DNA of 64,000 bases, taken from an uncultured Flavobacteriales bacterium (lineage in GTDB: Bacteria > Bacteroidota > Bacteroidia > Flavobacteriales_D > Sanyastnellaceae). Location: assembly GCA_938085105.1 (NCBI GenBank), contig CALKGK010000033.1, positions 53,076 through 117,075 on the forward strand, read 5' to 3'. The translations under genes were made by a program, and so were the position numbers. A model generated the notes under the pieces. It was given only the letters and a program-made list of their open reading frames with translations, searched no databases and was not told the DNA's origin. Below, one piece after another: positions 48,733-57,481 of this stretch (the stretch's first letter is position 1; each line of letters opens with the position of its first letter).

Positions 48733-49971
48733 ATGTCTTTAAGAACGCTCGTGTTGTCAGCCTTGGCAATGCTCAGTATGAATACGTTATCGGCTCAAAT
48801 CAATCCTGTTACTGAGCGTGCTGATAATATCCAATTGAATACCATCACAACGGCAGTGCCTTTTCTGCTCATTGCCCCTGATTCTCGTGCTGGAGCTCTA
48901 GGTGATGCTGGTGTTGCCCTATCGCCCGATGCTGCGAGCATTCATTGGAACGCGGCCAAGATGGCGTTCAGTGAAAATGAATTTGAAGTGTCCTTATCGT
49001 ATAGCCCTTGGTTGCGCCAGTTGGTGGATGATATGAACTTGGCTTATTTGGCAGGATATCGCGTCCTCAACAAAAATCAAGCAGTTGGAGCAGCATTGCG
49101 TTATTTCTCTTTGGGTGAAATCGCTTTTACGGATGAGGCGGGAACCGCTTTGAGAACGTTTAAGCCGGCCGAGTTTAGCTTGGATGTTGCTTTCTCTCAG
49201 AAATTGAGTAACCGTTTCAGTGGTGGAATTGGTGCGCGTTTCATCAACTCAAACCTCACCGGTGGATTGAATACCAATGGTGCAAACACCAAGCCTGGAC
49301 GAAGTGTTGCCGTGGATGTTTCTGCTTTCTATACCAACGACGATGTGAAGATTGGAGATAAAGATGCGACCTGGAATTGGGGGGTAAACGTTTCGAACAT
49401 TGGTGCGAAAATGAGCTACACGGACACCCAAGATCGTGACTTCATTCCTGCAAACTTAAGATTAGGAACGGCGCTTCAAATGGAATTGGACGATTACAAC
49501 TCCCTCACCATAACCTTCGATGCAAACAAACTATTGGTTCCAACTCCTGCGCGATATGATCAAGAGTCAGGAGAAATCATTGCTGGTATGGACCCCGATG
49601 TGGGTACCGCAACCGCACTATACCAGTCGTTTATTGATGCTCCCGGAAACGTGATCATCGATGAGTTTGGAAATGTTGAAGTAGAGCAAGGAAGTGTTTT
49701 CCGTGAAGAATTGCGTGAGATCAACCTCGGAGGTGGATTGGAGTATTGGTACGATAACCAGTTTGCCTTTAGAACGGGTTATTTCTATGAGCACTTTTCT
49801 AAGGGAGACCGACAGTTCATTACACTGGGAGCTGGCTTGAAATACTCTGTTTTGGCGATTGACATGTCTTACCTTATCTCAACCCGTCAAAACAATCCAC
49901 TAGCAAACACCTTGAGGTTCACGCTTCGTTTGGAGTTTGACGACCTTTCAAAATCAAGAAGTGAAGGATAA
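48733..49971 (+). CDS. porV: T9SS outer-membrane shuttle/channel protein PorV (LptO)
   Basis: 412 aa with a signal peptide. TTAVPFLLIAPDSRAGALGDAGVA is the signature N-terminus. FadL-like 14-strand-type pattern. porU-porV adjacency. Confidence 0.85.
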   Translation: MSLRTLVLSALAMLSMNTLSAQINPVTERADNIQLNTITTAVPFLLIAPDSRAGALGDAGVALSPDAASIHWNAAKMAFSENEFEVSLSYSPWLRQLVDDMNLAYLAGYRVLNKNQAVGAALRYFSLGEIAFTDEAGTALRTFKPAEFSLDVAFSQKLSNRFSGGIGARFINSNLTGGLNTNGANTKPGRSVAVDVSAFYTNDDVKIGDKDATWNWGVNVSNIGAKMSYTDTQDRDFIPANLRLGTALQMELDDYNSLTITFDANKLLVPTPARYDQESGEIIAGMDPDVGTATALYQSFIDAPGNVIIDEFGNVEVEQGSVFREELREINLGGGLEYWYDNQFAFRTGYFYEHFSKGDRQFITLGAGLKYSVLAIDMSYLISTRQNNPLANTLRFTLRLEFDDLSKSRSEG

Positions 49972-50458
49972 TTCTAAAGTTCCCTTTCGTATCGGTTATG
50001 GATACGACGTACATCAGCTTGTTCACAAAGAAGAGTTTTGGCTCGGTGGAATTCTTGTTCCACATGAAAAAGGTGCGCTCGGACACTCCGATGCGGATGT
50101 TTTACTTCACGTGATCTGTGATGCCCTTCTTGGAGCGTGCAATCAACGGGATATCGGTTTTCATTTTCCTGATACCGACCCAAAATACAAGGGGGTTGAT
50201 AGTAAACTCTTGCTGAAAGAAACGGTTGCGATCGTGCGCAAAAATGGTTACGAAGTGGGAAACATTGATGTAACGGTGTGTCTTCAACGCCCGAAGATCA
50301 AGCCCATGATTCCAGAAATGCAGTCGGTGATTGCAAAGGTGATGCAGGTCGATGAAAATCAAGTTTCCATCAAAGCAACCACTACTGAGACCCTCGGTTT
50401 TGTTGGTAGAGAAGAAGGAGTGAGCGCCCACTGCGTAGCACTCGTTTTCAGCAACTAG
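49961..50458 (+). CDS. ispF: 2-C-methyl-D-erythritol 2,4-cyclodiphosphate synthase
   Basis: FRIGYGYDVHQL, GHSDADVLLHVICDALLGA and TTTE motifs. The start is either GTG at 49961 (11-nt overlap with porV) or the track TTG at 49937. Confidence 0.9.
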   Translation: MKDNSKVPFRIGYGYDVHQLVHKEEFWLGGILVPHEKGALGHSDADVLLHVICDALLGACNQRDIGFHFPDTDPKYKGVDSKLLLKETVAIVRKNGYEVGNIDVTVCLQRPKIKPMIPEMQSVIAKVMQVDENQVSIKATTTETLGFVGREEGVSAHCVALVFSN

Positions 50459-51387
50459 TCGCTGCTTCGACCATTTTCTTCATAGTGCGATAGCTGATCG
50501 TCTTCGTAGAAGTAGATCTTGAGAAGAGCAGTATCTCTTAAGAAGTCGATGCGACCAATTTCAACACGGTTAATTTTAATTCCCGTGCGCTCTTCCAAGT
50601 CTTTCTGAAGTTCTTCTCGCTGACCAGATTTGATCAGTTCGATGTTTTCATACAAAACGATTTTGAAGGATTCGTGGCGCAGTAACCACACCTTTTCCAA
50701 GCCGTAGGTGATCCCAATAATGGCTGAATTTGCAACAACCAATTCGAGGTAAGAAATCTTCTTGTTCACCAAGGCATTCATCACACTCACGGCAATAACA
50801 ATAAACAAATAAGTCATCTCCTTAATTGGAATGGGGTCGGTTCGGTACCGTATGATCCCAAAGATGGCAAACAAACCAAGAGCAAAGGCGAGGTCGAGCT
50901 TGACGTTTTCCAGCATGAAACAGAGCAGGAAGATGCTGAGTGAAATCAACATGTAGGTAAAAAGGAAATCCTTTCGTTTGGCGCTCGGATAATAGATCAT
51001 TCGCACCAAAATGAATACAAACCCGAAGTTGAAGATCAACCGAAAGAGTAACTTTAAGGTGGCTTCGTAATCAAAAAACTCCATTCCTAAGAAACGGTCT
51101 TCTTTGTCTTTTTTATCATCGTCCTCCTCTTTGTCGTCATCCTCATCCTCCTCGTTTTTTTCGTCTTTCGCTCCTTTTTCGTCTTTCTGAGAGGTTCCCA
51201 ATAAAGCACCGGCTTCGGTTTCAAGAGTTTCGTTTTGAATCAAGGCCAAGAGCTCCGCAACTTCGCTGTTTTCTTGTGCGAGTTCCATTACTTCCTCTTC
51301 TGTTTGAGCCAAGGTAGTGTTGGGGATCAAGCTTAAAGCGATCAGCAATCCTAGGAAAAAAGATAAAAAACGTGATTTTGTGATCAT
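50455..51387 (-). CDS. DUF4956-type multi-pass membrane protein with acidic exported N-terminal segment
   Basis: 310 aa with signal peptide MITKSRFLSFFLGLLIALSLIPNTTLAQ and an acidic/lysine tract DEKGAKDEKNEEDEDDDKEEDDDKKDKED, followed by 4-5 TM helices. ATGA overlap with the upstream VTC-domain gene. Confidence 0.6.
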   Translation of the reverse strand: MITKSRFLSFFLGLLIALSLIPNTTLAQTEEEVMELAQENSEVAELLALIQNETLETEAGALLGTSQKDEKGAKDEKNEEDEDDDKEEDDDKKDKEDRFLGMEFFDYEATLKLLFRLIFNFGFVFILVRMIYYPSAKRKDFLFTYMLISLSIFLLCFMLENVKLDLAFALGLFAIFGIIRYRTDPIPIKEMTYLFIVIAVSVMNALVNKKISYLELVVANSAIIGITYGLEKVWLLRHESFKIVLYENIELIKSGQREELQKDLEERTGIKINRVEIGRIDFLRDTALLKIYFYEDDQLSHYEENGRSSD

Positions 51388-52142
51388 ATGGGGGAGTTGT
51401 TTTCGAGCAAAGAAATTTTTCTGAGCTTCGATTTTATTTGATTCTTTTTTATGTCTTCTTCAAGCAAAGCAACACCCAAACAGTACTTACTGATTCGTTC
51501 AGGGCGAATGAGTTTGCGCTTAAGTATTTTTGCAAAAAGGGTTTGGCGATTGTAATCTTCTTGTTTTAATTCCGCAATCACCAAGGCTTTCATTTGATGA
51601 TGGCTTTTACTTTGGTCAAAACTCAGGTTCAAGTCAAAGGTCAGCCTTTCTGCCTTCTCTTTGTGCACCAATGTAATTCTTTCGAAGGAGTTGGTGAGTT
51701 TCGCCTCCAAAGCGCCAGTGAGACCTGACATCTCTTCGATGTACTTCAAGTCTTCCGGGCTCAGTTCATCCCTCAGGTCGGTAATTCGCTTTCTGAATTT
51801 GATGGTTCTTCCTTTGTTGTTTTTGTGTTTTACCTCAAGGAAAGTCAATTCAGAATCCACATATTTTCTCAAGCGCACCTTCACGCGGTTTTTTTTGCCG
51901 TTTTGATGCACATGATAGAATTCATAATTGGGTCGATCGTAGTATTGGGTGGTGTAATGAGACCTTCGAACGCCATCTACCTCGAGCATGAAATAATCCG
52001 AGGCGAGTTTGGGCAATAGCCGAAGCAGCTCCTCACGTGTCAGCACATACTTCGTATCGGTGCGATTCATGAGGCGCGTAGCATCCATCTCTTCCAGGCT
52101 GATGGGTGAAAAGCGTTCAATAATTTGTTCTAAAGGTTCCAA
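51384..52142 (-). CDS. VTC (polyphosphate polymerase / CYTH-like tunnel) domain protein
   Basis: RTDTKYVL, YYTTQYYD, VKVRLRKY, LEVKHKNNKGRT and VIAELKQ are alternating basic tunnel strands of Vtc4-like/TTM enzymes. The start is uncertain: the track ATG at 52274 would overlap cdd. I prefer TTG at 52142, which is preceded by TATTTTTA. Confidence 0.6.
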   Translation of the reverse strand: MEPLEQIIERFSPISLEEMDATRLMNRTDTKYVLTREELLRLLPKLASDYFMLEVDGVRRSHYTTQYYDRPNYEFYHVHQNGKKNRVKVRLRKYVDSELTFLEVKHKNNKGRTIKFRKRITDLRDELSPEDLKYIEEMSGLTGALEAKLTNSFERITLVHKEKAERLTFDLNLSFDQSKSHHQMKALVIAELKQEDYNRQTLFAKILKRKLIRPERISKYCLGVALLEEDIKKNQIKSKLRKISLLENNSPI

Positions 52143-52238
52143 AGTCAGGGCTAAAAATAAGATATTTAGCGTACACTTGATGAGAATACAAGGAAAGGAG
52201 CGTCTTCCCTCAGCGTGTTTGGAGTAATTAAAGAGAAA

Positions 52239-52724
52239 ATGAAGAAGATTATACAATTTGAATTGGGAGTGCATACGGACGATCAGGCATTGGGAGTGGA
52301 CGACCGCTCTTTACTCGATGTGGCTCGCAGTGCACTTTCCCGAGCATACGCTCCTTATTCTGATTTTCAGGTAGCAGCGGCAGTGCGTTTGTCGAATGGA
52401 ACCATCATCGAAGGGACCAATCAAGAGAATGCAGCTTATCCTTCCGGATTGTGTGCGGAGCGTGTAGCTCTTTTTTATGCGAAATCTCAATACCCCAACG
52501 AGCAGATAACCTCATTGGCAATTGTGACCAACCACGAGGAGCTCTCTTCCCCCGTGGCACCTTGTGGGGCTTGCAGACAGGTGATTCTAGAGTATCAGAT
52601 GAACCAAAAGGACCCGCTTCAATTTTTACTTTCAGCTAGAAAGGGTACAGTGTACACTTTGTCCGACGCTCGTAGTCTTTTACCACTTCATTTCTCGAAA
52701 GAAGATTTGAAAAAAGCACCATAA
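52239..52724 (+). CDS. cdd: Cytidine deaminase
   Basis: Zinc motifs CAERVALF and PCGACRQV. The ATG at 52239 gives MKKIIQFEL; the track start at 52215 is GTG. Confidence 0.9.
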   Translation: MKKIIQFELGVHTDDQALGVDDRSLLDVARSALSRAYAPYSDFQVAAAVRLSNGTIIEGTNQENAAYPSGLCAERVALFYAKSQYPNEQITSLAIVTNHEELSSPVAPCGACRQVILEYQMNQKDPLQFLLSARKGTVYTLSDARSLLPLHFSKEDLKKAP

Positions 52725-52750
52725 ATAATGGCAATGAAACTTGGGTGTTC

Positions 52751-52758
52751 TATATTTG
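52751..52758 (+). promoter_or_regulatory. -7 box (TATATTTG) upstream of pdhA
   Basis: A TAnnTTTG match 29 nt upstream of the ATG at 52788. Confidence 0.45.
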
Positions 52759-52787
52759 TTGATTCATTGCATTAACGAGATAAGAAT

Positions 52788-53840
52788 ATGGCGACAGAAG
52801 CAGCAAAAAGTGCGAGCAAAAGAAGCAGCACTGCCCGTAGTAAAAAGGCAAAGCCGGCTTTTTCAAAAGAGACCTACATCAAGTGGTACAAAGAGATGCT
52901 CTTGATGAGGAAGTTTGAAGAGAAGTGCGGACAGTTGTACATCCAGCAAAAGTTTGGAGGTTTCTGTCACTTATACATTGGTCAGGAAGCAGTATTGGCG
53001 GGGATGACGGAGGCGCTTCGTCCTACCGACCGATTCATTACTGCGTACCGAGATCACGCTCACCCCATTGCCTTGGGGATGCACCCAAAATACGTGATGG
53101 CCGAGCTTTATGGTAAAGCTACCGGTTGTACAAAGGGTAAAGGTGGATCGATGCACATGTTCGATAAAGAGCGCAACCTTTTTGGTGGGCACGGTATCGT
53201 TGGTGGGCAAATTCCCTTGGGTGCTGGAATTGCTTTTGCTGATAAGTATAGAAATGAAGATCACGTAACAGCATGTTTCTTTGGAGATGGAGCTGCTCGT
53301 CAAGGTGCTTTGTGGGAAACCTTTAACATGGCCATGACGTGGAAGCTTCCTGTGATTTATGTGATCGAAAACAACAACTATGCAATGGGTACTTCGGTGA
53401 AAAGAACATCGAACGTTACCGACTTGAAAGTTTTGGGAGCAAGTTTCGAAATGCCATCAGAATCTGTTGACGGAATGCGTCCTGAGGCTGTAGCAGATGC
53501 CTTTGCAAGAGCTGCTGAACGCGCAAGAAAAGGAGAAGGTCCAACACTTTTGGATATTCAAACTTACCGCTACAAAGGACACTCAATGTCCGACCCTCAG
53601 AAATACAGAACCAAAGAAGAGGTGAAAGAATATCAGGCGAAAGATCCGATTGTTCACGCTTTGAATGTTATCCAAGAAAACAAGTGGTTGACGGAAGCAA
53701 AAATCAAAGCGATTCAAGATGAAGTAAAAGCATTGGTAGAAGAGTCAGTTCAGTTCGCTGAAGAGTCTCCATACCCAGAAGTTGAAGAGTTGTACAAAGA
53801 TGTTTACATGCAGGAGGACTATCCTTTTGTAAACGATTAA
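52788..53840 (+). CDS. pdhA: Pyruvate dehydrogenase (acetyl-transferring) E1 component, alpha subunit
   Basis: 350 aa with TPP-binding region GDGAARQGALWETFNMA...VIENNNYAMGT and YRYKGHSMSDP, the phosphorylation-loop region of heterotetrameric E1-alpha. Confidence 0.9.
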   Translation: MATEAAKSASKRSSTARSKKAKPAFSKETYIKWYKEMLLMRKFEEKCGQLYIQQKFGGFCHLYIGQEAVLAGMTEALRPTDRFITAYRDHAHPIALGMHPKYVMAELYGKATGCTKGKGGSMHMFDKERNLFGGHGIVGGQIPLGAGIAFADKYRNEDHVTACFFGDGAARQGALWETFNMAMTWKLPVIYVIENNNYAMGTSVKRTSNVTDLKVLGASFEMPSESVDGMRPEAVADAFARAAERARKGEGPTLLDIQTYRYKGHSMSDPQKYRTKEEVKEYQAKDPIVHALNVIQENKWLTEAKIKAIQDEVKALVEESVQFAEESPYPEVEELYKDVYMQEDYPFVND

Positions 53841-53862
53841 TCATTTAGAAAGACATTTACCG

Positions 53863-55134
53863 ATGGCGGAAATCGTACGCATGCCTAAATTGAGTGATAC
53901 CATGACAGAAGGAGTGGTAGCTGAATGGCACAAGAAAGTTGGAGACGAAGTTGAATCTGGTGAACTCCTCGCTGAAATCGAAACAGATAAAGCAACTATG
54001 GAGTTTGAATCGTTTCAGGACGGTGTTTTGCTTCATATTGGTGTAGATAAGGGTGACAGTGCCCCTGTGGACAGCATTTTGTGTGTTTTGGGAGAGAAGG
54101 GAGAAGATATTTCTCAACTCTTAGCCGATGAAAAAGATGGCGCCAAAAAAGAGGCCCCAGCCCCAGAAACCAAAGCAGAGACACCAACTCCAAGCCCTGA
54201 ACCAGCTGCTGCTGATTCTACTCCCAGTCCTGCTCCTGCCGAAAGTCCAAGTCCATCTCCCGCTCCTGTTTCAAATGGTGCTTCGGGTAGAGTAAAAGCT
54301 TCTCCATTGGCCAAAAAGATTGCTGAAGAAAAGGGCATCAACTTGGACCAAGTTGCTGGTTCTGGAGACGGTGGAAGAGTCGTGAAAAAAGACGTTGAGA
54401 ATTTTGTGCCCGGTGCAAATACAAGCCCAAGTGCATCACTTCCAAGCGGTGCTGAGAGCTTCACAGAGGTTCCCGTTTCTCAAATGCGTAAAACCATCGC
54501 ACGAAGACTGGCGGAGAGTAAATTCACTGCCCCCCACTTCTACCTTACTGTATCCATTGATATGGATAATGCGATTGCTGCTCGTAAAATGGCGAACTCC
54601 AATGAGGATGTTCGTATTTCATTTAACGACTTGGTGATCAAAGCTGCTGCGATTGCTTTGAAAAAGCACCCTGCAGTGAACTCTTCTTGGTTGGGCGATA
54701 AGATCCGTTACAATGAGCACGTTCACATTGGTGTGGCCGTTGCCGTTGAAGATGGATTGTTGGTGCCTGTTGTTCGCTTTGCTGATAGCAAGCCAATGAC
54801 GACCATCAACGCTGAAGTAAAAGACTTCGCCCAAAAGGCAAAAAGCAAAAAACTCCAACCACAGGATTGGGAAGGCAACACCTTCACCATTTCCAACCTT
54901 GGAATGTTCGGTATTGAAGAATTTACGGCTATCGTGAACCCACCAGATGCATGCATTCTCGCAGTAGGCGGAATCCAGCAGGTTCCCGTTGTGAAAAACG
55001 GGCAGGTTGTTCCAGGAAACGTCATGAAAGTAACTTTGTCTTGCGATCACCGCGTAGTAGATGGCGCAAGTGGAGCGGCTTTCTTGCAAACCTTCAAAGG
55101 AATGTTGGAGAACCCAATCATGATGTTGGTTTAA
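53863..55134 (+). CDS. Dihydrolipoamide acetyltransferase (E2) of a 2-oxoacid dehydrogenase complex
   Basis: Lipoyl domain with EIETDKATMEF, an Ala/Pro/Ser-rich linker, a subunit-binding domain (ASPLAKKIAEEKGINLDQV) and catalytic LSCDHRVVDGA. Confidence 0.9.
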   Translation: MAEIVRMPKLSDTMTEGVVAEWHKKVGDEVESGELLAEIETDKATMEFESFQDGVLLHIGVDKGDSAPVDSILCVLGEKGEDISQLLADEKDGAKKEAPAPETKAETPTPSPEPAAADSTPSPAPAESPSPSPAPVSNGASGRVKASPLAKKIAEEKGINLDQVAGSGDGGRVVKKDVENFVPGANTSPSASLPSGAESFTEVPVSQMRKTIARRLAESKFTAPHFYLTVSIDMDNAIAARKMANSNEDVRISFNDLVIKAAAIALKKHPAVNSSWLGDKIRYNEHVHIGVAVAVEDGLLVPVVRFADSKPMTTINAEVKDFAQKAKSKKLQPQDWEGNTFTISNLGMFGIEEFTAIVNPPDACILAVGGIQQVPVVKNGQVVPGNVMKVTLSCDHRVVDGASGAAFLQTFKGMLENPIMMLV

Positions 55135-55150
55135 CATAAAAACCCATTTT

Positions 55151-55189
55151 AAAAAGCCCCGGTTCACGAGTTGAATTGGGGCTTTTTTG
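55151..55189 (+). terminator. Rho-independent terminator after the E2 gene
   Basis: AAAAGCCCC (55152-55160) and GGGGCTTTT (55178-55186), with an internally paired loop (TTCA/TGAA) and a T6 run. Confidence 0.75.
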
Positions 55190-55322
55190 CTTCGGCCCCG
55201 CTCCAGCAGCCTAAGATCTATCCATGCGCTGCCTGACCGGAGCAGAAGTCAGTCTCTATGCAGTCGAACGCTGCTTGAGCCGCAGTCGAAAGCAGCATGA
55301 ATTCTTTATCTTCGCATCAATC

Positions 55323-57428
55323 ATGAATCAAAGCTTTTTAGATACCCCCATCGAATACGTCAAGGGCCTAGGTCCTGCTAGAGCAGAGGTTCTGAAATCT
55401 GAGTTGGGGATCTTCAAAGTGATGGACTTGCTCGAGTATTTTCCTTTCCGACACATCGATCGGACGGTATTTCATCGTGTTGCCGATATCGACAACGAGG
55501 GAATGAGCGTTCAATTGAAAGGCCACATCATTCGCATGCAAGAATTGGGCAGTGGACGAGCAAGCAGACTCTCGGCCACTTTTCAAGATGAGAGTGGACA
55601 AATTGAACTGCTGTGGTTCAAGGGGATCAAATGGATCAAGCCTAAAATCAAAGCGGGAGTGACTTACGTTATCTATGGGAAACCCTCGGAATACAAAGGG
55701 ACCTGGAACATCGCTCATCCGGATTTGGAGTTGGAAAGCAAGATGGCGAAGTTGGAGGGCGGTCGCTTTCAAGCAGTATATTCCTCCTCTGAGAAATTGG
55801 GTAAAAAAGGTTTGAACAGTGCAGGAATTGCCAAGGTGATTCGCAACGCACTCACTCAACTTCCTCCACAAATGGCCGAAACCTTACCTCAAGATATGAT
55901 TGAGGAACTGAACTTTCCAGCAAGGAGAGCGGCCATCATCAACATGCATGCTCCCGAAAGCATGGAGGACTATGTTCGTGCACTGAATCGCTTGAAATTT
56001 GAAGAGTTGTTCTTTCTTCAGCTCATTCTCCTTCGGCAAAAATTGGTGAGCACAAAAAGAACGGTTGGAGCGCGCTTCTCTGCCGTGGGTGAGATCTTCA
56101 CGACGTTCTACAAAAACCATTTGGGTTTTGAACTCACGGGTGCACAAAAACGTGTGGTAAAGGAAATTCGTAACGATGTCAACTCGGGCTACCACATGAA
56201 CCGGCTCATCCAAGGAGATGTTGGAAGTGGAAAGACGATCGTGGCCCTATTGGCTGGCTTATTGGCCATCGACAACGGTTACCAGATTTGCCTCATGGCA
56301 CCCACTGAGATTTTGGCCCAACAGCATTATGAAGGGTTTCAGAAAATGCTGGAGGAACTTCCTGTTAAGGTGGCGCTTCTCACGGGCTCCGTCAAAACGG
56401 CTGAACGAAGAAGAATTCACGAAGGTTTGGAGTCGGGCGAGATCAATATTCTCATTGGAACCCATGCTTTGATTGAGCCAAAGGTCAAGTTCAAATGTCT
56501 CGGTATGGCCATTATTGATGAGCAGCACCGTTTTGGTGTGGCACAAAGGGCCAAGCTTTGGGCAAAGGCACAACTGCCTCCACATGTTTTGGTGATGACA
56601 GCTACACCCATCCCAAGAACTTTGGCCATGACGATGTATGGAGATCTTGATATTTCGGTAATCGATGAACTTCCCCCGGGAAGAAAGGCCATTAAAACCG
56701 TACACCGAACAGATGCCCATCGTTTGAGTGTGTTTGCTTTTTTGAAAGAAGAGATTGCCAAAGGAAGGCAGGTGTATGTGGTTTACCCGCTCATTGAGGA
56801 AAGTCAGAGCATGGATTACAAAGACCTGATGGACGGCTACGAAAGCATTTCGCGAAGTTTCCCGATGCCGGAATACCAAATCAGTATTGTGCACGGCAAG
56901 ATGAAACCAGAAGACAAAGATTACGAGATGCGCCGTTTTGCCAAAGGAGAGACCCAGCTCCTAGTGGCCACCACAGTGATTGAAGTGGGAGTGAACGTTC
57001 CCAATGCCAGTGTGATGGTGATTGAAAGCACCGAACGTTTTGGCTTGTCCCAACTGCATCAGCTTCGAGGTAGGGTCGGCCGGGGTGCTGAACAGAGTTA
57101 CTGCATTTTGATGAGCGGATTGAAGCTGAGTTCCGATGCCCGAACAAGAATTAAAACCATGTGCGAAACGAACGATGGGTTCAAAATCTCAGAAGTAGAT
57201 TTGGAGTTGCGCGGACCAGGAGACATCATGGGAACTCAACAGAGTGGTTTGATGAACTTGAAGGTGGCGAACTTGGCAACCGACCAAGAGATTCTCAGCA
57301 AGGCAAGGAAAATGGCCATTGTGAAGATGGATGAAGATCCTGATTTTACTTTGCCGCAGAATGAGCTCATTGCTCTCGGGCTCAAAAAGGCCTTGAAACA
57401 ACGAAAGGATTGGAGCAAGATTTCTTGA
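55323..57428 (+). CDS. recG: ATP-dependent DNA helicase RecG
   Basis: OB wedge domain, Walker A GDVGSGKT, DEQHRFG and QLHQLRGRVGRG. The ATG at 55323 gives MNQSFLDTPIEYVKG; the track extension to 55224 runs through a GC-rich spacer. Confidence 0.95.
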   Translation: MNQSFLDTPIEYVKGLGPARAEVLKSELGIFKVMDLLEYFPFRHIDRTVFHRVADIDNEGMSVQLKGHIIRMQELGSGRASRLSATFQDESGQIELLWFKGIKWIKPKIKAGVTYVIYGKPSEYKGTWNIAHPDLELESKMAKLEGGRFQAVYSSSEKLGKKGLNSAGIAKVIRNALTQLPPQMAETLPQDMIEELNFPARRAAIINMHAPESMEDYVRALNRLKFEELFFLQLILLRQKLVSTKRTVGARFSAVGEIFTTFYKNHLGFELTGAQKRVVKEIRNDVNSGYHMNRLIQGDVGSGKTIVALLAGLLAIDNGYQICLMAPTEILAQQHYEGFQKMLEELPVKVALLTGSVKTAERRRIHEGLESGEINILIGTHALIEPKVKFKCLGMAIIDEQHRFGVAQRAKLWAKAQLPPHVLVMTATPIPRTLAMTMYGDLDISVIDELPPGRKAIKTVHRTDAHRLSVFAFLKEEIAKGRQVYVVYPLIEESQSMDYKDLMDGYESISRSFPMPEYQISIVHGKMKPEDKDYEMRRFAKGETQLLVATTVIEVGVNVPNASVMVIESTERFGLSQLHQLRGRVGRGAEQSYCILMSGLKLSSDARTRIKTMCETNDGFKISEVDLELRGPGDIMGTQQSGLMNLKVANLATDQEILSKARKMAIVKMDEDPDFTLPQNELIALGLKKALKQRKDWSKIS

Positions 57429-57481
57429 GTATGGACTTGACATGATGGATTGCTAACCTGTTCCACTTCGGCCCCTAAAAC

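Noticed and set aside
52788-55134. pdhA is followed directly by E2 with no E1-beta gene between them, which could indicate an incomplete operon or pseudogenisation.
   Set aside because: Both ORFs are intact with all catalytic motifs. E1-beta can be encoded elsewhere, and this cannot be judged from a single window.
55190-57475. The 10-mer CTTCGGCCCC occurs on both sides of recG (55190 and 57466), which could be target-site-duplication-like direct repeats.
   Set aside because: 10-mer matches are expected by chance at this scale. recG is a core gene with no integrase, transposase or compositional discontinuity.
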